Assembly (NCBI GenBank): GCA_951406725.2
Contig: OX597823.1
Coordinates: 23,436,001 to 23,500,000, forward strand
From: Octopus vulgaris
Lineage: Eukaryota
Reading direction: 5' to 3'
DNA: 64,000 bases
The notes beneath the pieces are model-generated. The model searched no databases and was not told where the DNA came from. It was given only the letters and a program-made list of their open reading frames with translations. The translations under genes were made by a program, and so were the position numbers. Below are positions 51,995 to 64,000 of this stretch, in pieces; position 1 is the first letter of the stretch; each line of letters begins with the position of its first letter.

Positions 51995-54939
51995 GTAATA
52001 TAATAGCTTCTCTCTTATTGACTCTGTTTATGTAATTTTATTTTATCTTAGTGTCAAATGTCTTTGTCAAAGGAAGACTGGCTGATTCCATAATAACGTC
52101 TTTGGTGTTAATGTTTATGGCTGGCATGAGGGAAAGAGGAACCTATTCTGAGACTAAAGACCTCCCCAGATGCTTGCAACAGAGTAGACTCCATTAATAC
52201 TACCAAAGGCCCAGGTAATGCTATTAAATCGGGTAATGAATTAAGTCTGCCAGCCAGTGTAGAAAATTCTCTGCAGCAAGTTTCCACATACAATCCCTCC
52301 ACGAAATTCCATAAGGCTTAGTTGTGAAGTGAATTTTTAACCATGCAGATAAAACTCCTCCCACTTCTATGTAGTTGTTAAGTAAACTTATTCCCTCCAC
52401 AGCTATACCTCAGCTCATCTTGGTGGTTTTTCTCTTAAGATCTTTCTCACTCATACTTTGTGTCATCATCTAATACTCTGTACAATATAATGTCTGATTT
52501 CTTTTTTGCTAAAACACAGCAATCCTCTGAAACAGATTTCTGATGCTCTTGTTTTCTTTCAATTTCTACTACCCATAAGTATAGTATTATTGCTGATAAT
52601 AATAATTTAGAATCTGTTTTCCATACTGGCATGGGTTGGACGTTTGACAAAATTTGGTGAGCTGTAGAGATATGTCAGACCCCAGGGCTAGTTTTGTCAT
52701 GGCTTCTATGGCAGGAAGCCCTTACCAATCCCAACCACTTTACAATATGTACTGTTTTTTTTTTTTTTTTTTTCATTAGCACTAGTGAGGTCACCAAGTA
52801 ATGTGCAAAACAAAATAATAAAAGGAGAAGAGAAAAGCCCCCTTGGCTGAGTGGGACTGTATTTGAGAGGCAGAATTAGCCTTTTGCCTGGTGTTGAAAG
52901 CTAAATATGATTGAGGCACAAGCATTATAAGGGGCAATCCTGCATTATGCAGGGCAGGGAAGGGACATCAAAATGATGTTGACAGAGCACCAGATGATAC
53001 TCTTATGATACAAGGAAGTGAGTATAAGTGAGAACATGGACTGTGGATCAGGAGGCAAGGAAAAAGTGGGTAATTTCATAAGTGTGTGGAGAAGAGTAAC
53101 AGATGGTTAAAAATTGGGCTCAAGGTGAATGTAGTGAGTGATGAGAAAAAGTGAAGCAGAGGTTGATAGTAAATATCAGTATACAGTTGGAAGGGAGAGA
53201 CAGAAGTGGCTTAGGAAGGAAGAGGTGACAAGCAGTAGCACAGGAAGTTTGGAGTGCAGCAGTATCATATAACTGTGGATAGAATGAAAAGTAAGGAAAT
53301 GATACACAGTGTGTGAAATTTGAGGGTGATGAATTGTTGAAGACATAAGGGTCAAAGGTATATGGGAATTGCTATATTGAGTAGAGCAACATACACAGGG
53401 GCAAACATTGCTAGCAGATATAAGAATGATAACAGGTAGAAGTGTTAAAGATGAAGTATGGTAGACCTAGATGTCCCCTCTAGTTATTGTTCAATGGCCT
53501 ACAGATTTATTCACTGTGTTCCCCATCCACTCAAGCCAATTTTGCCACTCTCAACCTGCTTTCAATAATTTCCCTTGAAGACAGCACCTCTTTCTCCATC
53601 CCCACATTCTTTGCAAGTGAAATTTTAAATTGTAGATGAAGGATTGCCTAAAAAGGAAAGTCACTACTGTCTGACCTTTTGACTTCATCAACTACACAAC
53701 CTTTTTGCTATAGCTACCAGAGAAAAACTTTCTCTACCTGGTTAAAGGAGGGTGTGGGGCAATCACTGCTGGATTCATCTGATAGCTAGATCTATGTTGC
53801 ACTCAACAGTGGTTCCACAAATCAGCAATGCATGGATGATGGACAAGTTCATGTAAAATGATTTCATGTTATTGCATGCATCTCTGACAGGCTTGTCTGA
53901 TGGCACCTCCAAAACAATAGATTTATTTGGATTAGGAGAGCACTTTGGTAGTTGTCCATAATATTCTCTGAACAGCATATACCTCAAAACAAGCTTCCAA
54001 TTCATTTTCATTGATGCTCTGAGTAACCCTAAGTAGGTCAGTGCTCTCTCTCTCTCCATCTACTAATCTTCAATAGATTATGAGAATGGAACATCAATCA
54101 GTTCCATTGCTCAGGTCAGTTTTGATCCACCATAATTTAAGTTTACAGAAGATAATCTGGCCTTTTGGTTTTGGAAGATAGTAGGGTGTAATTGGGGGTG
54201 ATTTTGTTAATATTTCTAACATGTTGAGTGTCCAGATAGGGACTTCAAAAGTGGCTGGTTCACAGTAAACATTGAATTTAGTATTGCACACTAACAACAT
54301 TGACACGGTTTATCCTCTGGTATAATCTGTTACCTGGCTCTTTTGATGGTCATGGTGATGGTGGAAGATAATACATGGTCCAATGTTAATATATTTATTA
54401 CTACTAACACTCACATTGATGTACAGATGCTCAGATTGGGCATAGAATGCATAAATGTCACAAGTAAAGGAGGGAGGGTTGCCTGAGAATTTCATGACAT
54501 CACTGTTTTAGCTGTAACTAGCTTCCTAAAGTAATGAGATTGTGTGATATTCATGTGTTTCTCTAGAGCATTAAGCAAACTTTGTCTGAGAATCATACTC
54601 AGGTCATTGATTCACACCATTCAGTCCATATCCTTACTATATATTTATTTCTTTATTGCCCACAGGAGGCTAAACATAGAGGGGACAAACAAGGACAAAG
54701 GGATTAAGTTGATTACATCGACTCCAGTGCATAACTGGTACTTATTTGATCCACCTTGAAAGGATGAAAGACAAGGTCAACCTCAGCAAAATTTGAACTC
54801 AGAACGTAACGGCAGACGAAATACTGCTAAGCATTTTGCCCGGCATGCTAACGATTCTTATTTCATTACTGCCCACTAGAGGCTACACAGAGGGGACAAA
54901 CAAGGACAAACAGATCAATGGAAGACAGAATATATGAGA

Positions 54940-55720
54940 ATTTATCATTAATCACAACAATTGTTTCAACAGATCTAGCATCGATCCCTCATGAGTGGAC
55001 ACTCAGCAACTGGTTCAGAAGCATCCAGCAATGCAGATGTATCTCGTTGGGTGACAAATACAATTCATTGAAATAACAGTTCCGCAGTGTAACTTGTTTT
55101 CTAGAAAGAAAAGCAGCCAGATGGAGGAAATATCTTCACTTATATAGAAGATCAAAAATAAAATCACAGATGGAAAAAAGAGATACGAACACGCAATCCA
55201 GTAGGAAAAGTATTAAAAAGTAACTGTTAACAAACATAGATGTATCAACGCTCTTGGACAAGCTGCAGGGCGCGAGTTCACTCACTTATACAAGCATCTG
55301 CGAAAATGTGAGCATATGCACACTTGAGGTTTGGTGCACTCATGATCACAAAGCGAGTTAACTATCTACTTGGTGTTTGTAAAAATGGGGAAGTTAAAAG
55401 GAAATTTAAGTCATCCATACTTTAATGTAGCACATTTATATGCATGTAGGCATTTCGAGAGTTGTTTAAAAATTCTGTTAATGATCTTCTCATTAGTTCA
55501 CAAAATAAACAGGGATTCCTGAGAGCAGAACGGCATCTCCTGGTAATTATACTGTATGGTTTTGCGTGCCTTACTACGGACCAAGTTATGCTGTACTTCA
55601 TTTTATCCTGCTTCAGTCGCCATACAAAATCTGCCAAAATGTTGAATGTCTCTTATTGATTGTCTTAAAGCTGGCAACATGGTTATAATAACGATTTTTA
55701 AATGAATCAGCCGATTGTAA
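54940..55720 (-). mobile_element. Penelope-like element 3' end (GIY-YIG C-terminus plus 3' repeat)
   Basis: ORF 55422-55637(-) ADFVWRLKQDKMKYSITWSVVRHAKPYSIITRRCR; upstream SFKNRYYNHVASF. Confidence 0.75.
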
Positions 55721-56089
55721 TGCATAAACATCATTTCATACTAATACAGCACATATGTTCAAATGCTTGCGCGGTGTTGTGAAATTTCAAGAAATCTTTT
55801 GTCGACTTGGTTTTATAACAGCCTAAACAATATCTAATTTTCCATCAAAACCTCGTTACACATATGTACATAAATACATAGATATATGCAATACATACAT
55901 ACCAGCACAATACACATATGTAACTTTTAGAACTCTAAGAAAAATGGAGGTGTAAGGAATGTGCAACTTTAAGACAGAAGTGGTTGGTTGGTAAGCTTGC
56001 AATAGTTGTTCATATGCAGCGTTTCTGCTGTCCAGGCTAACTGGGAAGATAGTTTTTATATGTGGCAGATGCTCGGGAGCAATAAACAC

Positions 56090-56600
56090 TGGAAATGCAC
56101 AGAGAACAACTTCTGCCACATTCCAGAAATAAAAACTAGAAGTAGTTGATAGCTTCTGTTACCTAGGTGACCAAGTCAGTAGCGGGGGAGGGTGCACTGA
56201 AAGTGTAGTTGCTAGAATAAGAATAGCTTGGGCAAAGTTCAGAGAGTTCTTACCTCTGCTGGGGACAAAGGGCCTCTCGCTCAGAGTAAAAAGTAGACTG
56301 TATGATGCTTGTGTATGAACAGCCATGCTACATGGTAGTGAAACATGGGCTGTGACTGCTGAGGACATGCATAAGCTCGCAAGGAATGAAGTCAGTATGA
56401 TCCAATGGATGTGTAATTTCAAAGAATCTTGAGAGAAAAGTTGGACCTAAGAAGCATCAGATGTGGTGTGCAAGAGAGACGACTTCACTGTGATGAGAAT
56501 GGATGAGGATAACTGTGTGAAAAAGTGCCACACCCTAGCGGTTGAGAGAACCTGTGTAAGAGGTAGATCCAGGAAGACCTGTTATGAATTGGTGAAGCAC
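56090..56600 (+). mobile_element. RTE LINE C-terminal fragment
   Basis: LEVVDSFCYLGDQVSSGGGCTESVVARIRIAWAKFREFLPLL..KGLSLRVK.RLYDACV..AMLHGSETW. Confidence 0.85.
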
Positions 56601-57114
56601 GAAAAAAGACTGCAAAATCTGTAAAGTGATGAGTTTGTCATGATTAACCATATTCAGTTACATCCTTTTACAATTTTGGTTAAAATACCAAGATGCATTC
56701 TGCTTTTCATACTTCTAAAGTTGATAAAACAAGCTCAATTCAAGTACTGAAGTTGATTTATTTTTCTCTATTGTCTCAGCAGAATGTGTGGTTATGTGCA
56801 TATATGTTAGGAACCATTATTATTAGTATTGTTAACTTCAACAATAATTACTCATCTTAAGTTTGATGGATTGACAGATCATTCAAGCATCAGACAAAAT
56901 ATGTTGTGGTATTTGTTCTGGCTATTTAACCTTTGTGTTCAAATCTTGCTAATGCAAACTTTGCCCATCCAGGGTCAATAAAATACAATGCCAGTCAAGT
57001 TTAGGGGCCAGTTTAATTGACCAACTCTTACCGCAAAGTTTTGCCCTTCATTCTATTAGAAATTGTTATCATTATTGTTATTTTTCATCCGTCTAAATTT
57101 TACTTCAATTCTAG

Positions 57115-57351
57115 ATTCTCAGATCCATTTTGTGAAAGTAGCAAATGCAATTCTGGATGTAAAAGGGAAAACATTATGGAGTAAGAAAAAAGTAACAGCA
57201 GATGCATGTGCTGAAAAATGTTTGTCTGATAAAAATTGTTTATCATTTGAAATAACTAAAGGAAGTGGAAACTGTTACTTATCAAAGCAAACTGCAGCTT
57301 CCTCAAAATTAATGGGAAGCACAGACAGAGATTACTATCAACGACTACAAG
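57115..57351 (+). CDS. Exon A4: PAN/Apple domain, type a
   Basis: ttctag|AT..CAAG|gtaatt; 237 nt, phase 1-1; SQIHFVKVANAILDVKGKTLWSKKKVTADACAEKCLSDKNCLSFEITKGSGNCYLSKQTAASSKLMGSTDRDYYQRLQ. Confidence 0.9.
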
Positions 57352-59535
57352 GTAATTATTTTTGTATTTCATTATTAGATTCCTTTCTTCTCTTTTTCTG
57401 AAATTTATAATTTCACCTGTACTGGGAGAAGTTGGGTTGATGAGAACCTGGTATGTTCTTGTAAACATTTAGAATGCCATTGTTCATGTTAACATCTGAA
57501 ATCTTAAATGCTTGTAGCAGTTGGTGAAATCCAGTCAGCAATAGGCACTGTATTCCCTTGCATATAGGCTAACTCTGATGTGTGTAAAGTTATATCAATC
57601 GGATTGTTACCTAACACTCCATTGTATTCTTTATGCAAAACTATTTGGTAAGATCAGCCATGATGGATATTTAATACTATACATTTTGGATAAAATATAT
57701 ATCATGGCTATTATACAAAAGTGTTTTAAGTTCAAAATGTTGCCTTCTCAGAAAACAAAAAAATAGTTTCACCATTCCATTTGTCTTTACATTAGCAACA
57801 GTTTCAGCTTAACAATAATTCTTTGTTGGATGCATAAAATTGTATGCATGTATGATATTTTCAGTCAGAAATATTTTTGCAAAACTGTTGTATGTGGGAC
57901 TTACTACACTTTTGAAAATACTAAACTGTTGTACTACACTTTGATAATTTTCATATCTTGGCATCTGAAACAACTGGAGATATGATAGTTTGACCAAAGA
58001 ACTGGTTATTGCGAGCAAAATTAAGGTATTGAAAAAAACATTTGACCAGAGTTGGACATACGACAGCTTAACATAATCGTAATGATATATATATATATGT
58101 ATTTGTTTTGCAAGATTTTTGATGTGAAGTCGTGTGTTGAAACAGATACAAAACAAAAACAAAATCAAATTACATGAACGTATATAAACAGGAGATACAA
58201 ATATTGCAGGCATTTCAGCACACACACACACTAACTAAACATAGACGCACAGAGAGGTATACGCATGTGCAAATGAAGACACATACAATAGGAATACAAA
58301 ATGGCTGACCGTTAGTAAGGAGAGACACACAAATAAGAAAGAAGAAAGCAAAGGATCAATGATGCGGCCACAGGAGTGTGATGAAAGAACTCTGGCCGAA
58401 ATAAGATTAAGATTAATGTAAAAAATAAATAATGCTGAAGCAAAGTAACACCAAATATATAGTGCATGTGTTTTTATTGGCTAAACTGGCAAAATGACCA
58501 TTCCTTAATACAACAATATATATATATAATTATATATATATATAAAATGTAACTTAGATTCAGTAGAGTTAGGTACTTTGAGACACCTTGTTGGGATGAA
58601 CTAATTTGTACACTCAGACAGTATTAGGTGAGTATCAAACTCTACATAGAATTTTTTCCACCTTAGTGAATAAATTTGCTCTTGTTCAGATATTTACTTT
58701 ATATAAAGATACTTTCCAAATACTTCTGAAGTGCAGATTTCAGGGTAGGTGAGTAAAATATAAATGAGTTACAAAGATGTGTCAGTGTCAATTCATTATA
58801 GCTGTTTCAAACATCTCCTTCAATTGATCAATGAAAGCATTACATCATTACAAAGAGAACCGTTCTCATCAATTGACCGCATAGACTTCAAGCATAAAAG
58901 ATAAGTTAGATTTTTAGACATATTCAATATCATCAATAGAGAGCAAATATTGACAATGATGCCACTGCTAAATTTTTTGGCAGAATGAGAAAAATGAAAA
59001 AGGACAGTATAGACACACACAAACTTGAGAATTAGCATGGGCTAGAGCTGCAGGGAATTTCAAATAACTAAGTGGATACTGTATAATCTAAAATTTCATA
59101 ATAAAAGATTGCAGCAAATAACAAATTTTATGAAAAAGTTAAAAAGTTATAAATTACCACCAGATTTTTATGCTATAAAACTTGAAAAAAAAACGAAGAA
59201 ATAAACATAAAAAATAAAAAATGTGAAGAAATATAAGTATAAAATATAATATAGAAGAATATAAAAAGTATATAGAATATACATCTGAATACATGAAAAA
59301 ATAAACATAAAATATATAATCTGTAATAAAAATATAATTTTAAGTTCACAGTATACAATGGGATCTATGTAAAAAGATTTAAACCTATCAAAGCAATTAA
59401 TAAAACGCACAAAAATTATGAAAATATATGAAGAGTATATAAAATCTTAAGACATATAAGGATATAAGATTTATAAAATATATAAGGAAATATAAGAAAT
59501 TTCTGAAAGAAGAATTACAATCAAAACCATAAAAA

Positions 59536-60128
59536 AACACGATTTCTAGTTAACTAAACACTTTTAAACTTCGTATACTGGTAGAATGTGTCAAAATAAA
59601 ACATTTTTCTCTTGGCTTTCTTGAGAAAATTGTAATTTGTAAGTTTAACGTAGTTTAATTTTTCGAATTTTAACCAATCACTTGCCTCTTTTGAGCTAAA
59701 ATCATTTGCTGCGTCTAAAACTGAGACAACATCCTGTCACTAACCCTAACTCTAACTCTAACCCTAAATTTTAGCCTTTCGTTTTTTTTCTTAATTGTTA
59801 AATTAAAATTATTTTCCATTGCTTTCGTTTTAGCCTTTCATTTTTTTTCTTAATTGTTATCCTTAAATTAATTTAACAATTAAGAAAAAAAAAACGAAAG
59901 GCTAAAATTTAGGGTTAGGGTTAGTGACAGGATGTTGTCTGTTTTAGACGCAGCAAATGATTTTAGCTCAAAAGAGGCGATAGGATTGGTTAAAATTCGA
60001 AAAATTAAACTACGTTAAACTTACAAATTACAATTTTCTCAAGAAAGCCAAGAGAAAAAATGTTTTATTTTGACACATTCTACCAGTATACGAAGTTTAA
60101 AAGTGTTTAGTTAACTAGAAATTGTGTT
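59536..60128. mobile_element. ~590-bp fold-back MITE-like element, ~260-bp near-perfect arms containing TAACCC/TTAGGG repeats
   Basis: aacacgatttctagttaactaaacacttttaaacttcgtatactggtagaatgtg versus its reverse complement ending at 60128; telomere-type hexamers at ~59741-59767 and ~59909-59924. Confidence 0.88.
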
Positions 60129-60159
60129 GAAAACTGCTGTTCAAAAGGAAAAGATCCAT

Positions 60160-62160
60160 TTTTGCTGCCACTGCTGGACATCAGTTCCACTCTCTTTTTG
60201 GCTTCTTTCCCAGAGCTCGTAGATCCAACTTTCAAATCAGTGAAAGTCACACACTCAACTCACCATTATATCACTACTTCTGGACCACCTGTTTTTTCGC
60301 GTCCATGGCGACTTGCTCCTGATTGGCTCAAAAAGGATCGATCTGAGTTTGAGCATAAGCTTCAACTTGGCCTTATTCTCCCCTCCGCCAGCCCTTGGGC
60401 ATCTCCTCTTCATTTGGCATGGAAAGGGGATTCAGAATTTCGACTGGTGGGGGATTACAAACGTTTGAATGTGGTCACTGTTCCCAATCACTATCCGATA
60501 AGAAATCTCCAGGATTTTTCTTCAAACTTGCATGGTTGTACTATTTTTCCCCTAGGTTGAGCTCATCCAGGCTTATCAAATTCTGATGAACCCTGACGAC
60601 ATTCCAAAAACTGCTGTTACCATCCCTTTTGGAAGTTTCGAGTTCCTGTTTACGAGCTTCAGTTTGTGGAATGCAATGAGTACATTCAAGAGGTTTATTG
60701 ATGCAGTTATCCATGGACTTGACTGTGTGTTCACTTACGTGGATGATTTGCTCATAGCTAGCAACACGTGAAAATCACCTCCAACATTTATCTCAACTTT
60801 TTCAGTGTCTTCGTACCTACAATGTGTGAATCAACACCGAATTTCTAGGTCATTATATTGACTCTAATGGTATCCGACCTCCCTCCCTCCTCCAAAATCA
60901 ATGCAATTCAACGCATCTCTCCTCCCACTTCTTTACGCCAACTGCGTCATTTCTTGGGAATCATCAACTTCTACAGGAGATTCATACCTAAATGTGCAGA
61001 CAAATTACTTCCCTTGCCTCAACTATTAAAAGCAAATAAAAAAAAAATTCTATCATTTTATCTGTCGAGGCATTATCTTCTTTTGAGTCAATCAAGAAGG
61101 AAAAAGCTTCTGTTCCTTTGCTTGCACATCTGGTTCCTGATGCTCATCTCTCTTTAACAGTTGATGCATCGGATTCTGTGGTCGGTGTTGTTTTACAACA
61201 TACAGTCGATAATCAAATTCGACCTTTGGCATACCTTTCTCGTCAATTAAAGCCAGCTGAATGTTGTTACAGTACGTTTGATTGTGAACTCTTAACAATC
61301 TACCCATCAGTTTGTCATTTTCAATATCAGCTCGAGGGCTGAGATTTTGTGATTTATACTGATCACAGGCCTCTTACGTTTGCTCTGTCATCTAAATCGG
61401 ACAGATACTCGCCTCATGCTTTTCGTCACCTGGACTACATTTCCCAGTTCAAGAGTAACATTCGGCATATACCTGGAACAGAGAACATACCTGATGACGC
61501 ACTCTCTTGTCTCCCTGTGTGTTCTCTTTCATCTCCTGCAATTGATTTAACTGCCATTGTGCAGGATCAGCCAGCTCTGGACACATTGGATCTAACTTCT
61601 ACCAAGTTGTCCTGTTGCATGTTTGCCTATCTTCCACTTCCGTCTGCTGAAGGCACAATCCTTTGTGACACAGACACTGGTTCTCCCAGGCCGTTTGTAC
61701 CTATGAACCACCAGTGTTCTATTTTTAATGCCTTGCATTCACTGTCACATCCTGGCAGTGCTGCCTTGGTGAAGCTTCTTAAGGTTCAGTTTTTCTGGCC
61801 TAATATGCACTGGATGATCACCACTAGGGCATGCTCTTGTGTGAAATGCCAGCATTCTAAAATCCACAGGCACATTCGTGCTCCTCTTCGACAGTTTTCT
61901 CCGCCGGAGACTCGCTTTCACCATGTCCACATTGATCTGGTTGGGCCATGGCCTGTCAGTCGCGGTTTCTCTTACATATTAACATGTGTCAATTGTTTCT
62001 CTCATTGGCCTGAAGCCATTCCAATAGTGGACATTTCCACTGAGTCAGTTGCTTGAGCTTTCGTTTCTAATTGGATTGCACATTTTGGTGTTCCAGCTAA
62101 GATAACCAATGACCATGAACGCCAGTTCGAAGCTTCCTTATTTTGTGAATTATCACAAAA
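60160..62160 (+). mobile_element. Ty3/Gypsy LTR retrotransposon pol pseudogene (RT, RNase H, integrase), frameshifted
   Basis: SPWASPLHL..K....RLVGDYKRLN, DIPKTAVT.PFG, YVDDLLIAS, LTVDASD..VG.VLQ, IYTDHRPL, H..SHPG..C..CQ, HVHIDLVGP..YILTCV..FS.WPEAIP; no LTRs seen. Confidence 0.92.
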
Positions 62161-62569
62161 TGATCTCAGACATATTCTTCAGGCACCAACCACATATCAT
62201 AACAAACTAAAAAAAAATTGAATAAGGGAAGTAAAAAGTGTACCCTCCTTAGACCTTAAATTATAACCTTAAATTATGGTCTATGGAGGATAACTCTTTT
62301 ACCATTTTACAGTTTAGTTTTTGTGTTTTCGTTTCCATTTTTTGTTTTCTGTTTTTTTAACTTCTGTGTTTTCTATATAGTACTTTCTCAGTTTTTTTTG
62401 TCTTTCTTCTCTTATTCAATTTTTTTAGTTATATGTGGTTTACACTTGAAGAACATGTTAGAGATATTTCTCAACATATGAAACTATTAGTAGCACTAAA
62501 GGACATATATTGTGTCCTTTGAATAAATACTATATATATGTCTGTCTGTCTGTCAGAAAAAAAAAATTC

Positions 62570-63600
62570 ATATATTTGCCAGTAGAGAGGGTATATTAAT
62601 CAAAGTGTACAGTATTATATACTCATTATGGCTGATCTTATCAATCAGTTTCCCACTAGGGGTTCAACAGAGTGTTAGGTAACAATCCAATTATATAACC
62701 CTGCACTCTTCAGAGATAGTAGTTATGACTGTTCTCTATAGTTGGTGAACAGATACATCCAGTTTATGGTTGCTGTGAAAAAGATGATGAAACAAACTGA
62801 GCAAGGGTTAAGTTAAGAGTTAGTCCCTTGGTACCAAAACAATCTCTGGAGATGTTGCAAGGCTATAAGAGTTTTCAGGAAGAGTGTTGGGGGAAATGTG
62901 TGTATGTTTTAGTGTTGGTGTTCTTGTAGAAATGGAATGTGTGTAGTGGTTTTATATGTGCAGTGTTTTTGGTGGGAAGGGTATTAGTGTGATCTTTTTC
63001 TTTTATGTTTTGGTTAAAACTTTTGATTAAATTCTTTGGGGCATTTATGTATGCATGGAGTGTATATAGGGGTACAATATATGTGGGTGCTTATATTGTG
63101 GTGGTGGAAAAGGGTCTATTGGGTGGATGTCTGCTGTGTTAGTGTGTGTTTTTGAGTGCATTTGTGTATGTTCTAGTCAAACACTTTGCTGGTATTCCCA
63201 GGTATTGGTGGTGGGAGGGTTAAATCTGGGTGACACAGGTATGATAGGATTTACCTCCTTTCAAGGATTAAAAATTTCACTTCTACTCTTCAGGTAGACG
63301 GGATAAAATGACTGACTTTTTTCATGACCCTTACAATACAATGTGTTTTATATCCATTAGATACTAAACAAAAACTCTCAGAACATACATTCAAATTTTT
63401 GTAAGATGGTGAGTGCCATAAGTTAATCAACATTATCAAAATTATAACAAAATTATAACAATATCACCAAAGAATGAAGGAAGAGTCAGTGTATCTCATT
63501 GAGATGACATATGAAATAGTTATTTAAAACTTTGCTTCGTTATTCTTCACTACTCTGTGAAATGATGGGGGTCATTTCATGAACCTCCCAGAATATGTAT
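62570..63600 (-). mobile_element. Heavily decayed Penelope-like element
   Basis: Minus-strand remnants resembling RT C-terminus and GIY-YIG tail, (CA)-rich low complexity; many stops. Confidence 0.4.
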
Positions 63601-64000
63601 TAAAATGCATGTAAGCTGCCAACTTCCATGTATGTTAAACAGTGAAATAAGAACAACACAATACCACCAATTGCTTGTCAAATTGAAATTTTGAATAAAA
63701 TATAAAACAATATGGTGCATTGTTTACTAAATTAACAGTAAATTATAAAAACACAATCTATCAACAGATCTATTTTTAGCATACAAAGGGTTAATGTGAA
63801 TTCTAATATATCATGATATACACACAACAGCTTGCCTGAATGTTTCAGTTGTAGATAATCCATTTGTACATCATTCTTCTGATGCTGTGAATTTGTTTAA
63901 GATTGAATGGCCTTAACAAAATTTGACCTCTTTAAGGTAATATCAGCCTTGGAAAAGTACATCATTAGAGAAGAGATGTACAAATGAATTGTTTGCAAAC

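Overview
AT-rich, repeat-dense eukaryotic genomic DNA; the SINE/LINE families and microsatellite load suggest an octopod cephalopod (inferred, not proven). The window lies inside one + strand gene, of which I can read 13 AG/GT-bounded coding exons. All are phase 1-1, each encodes one domain, and they splice into a stop-free 2676-nt (892-codon) frame. Domain order is Sushi-Sushi-PANa-PANb-Sushi-PANa-PANb-Sushi-PANa-PANb-Sushi-Sushi-PANa, with no start or terminal exon visible. The predicted product is a large, Lys-rich, probably secreted Sushi/PAN(Apple) array protein that I do not recognise. The first two Sushi exons differ more from each other than their flanking introns do. The introns hold decayed RTE, CR1-like, R4/Dong-like, Penelope-like, Tc1, hAT, Helentron-type and Gypsy sequences plus tRNA-derived SINEs. 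They also contain five long inverted repeats and several minimal hammerhead-ribozyme motifs; two of the fold-back elements carry a hammerhead in each arm. Exon coordinates were read base by base; transposon-fragment boundaries are approximate.
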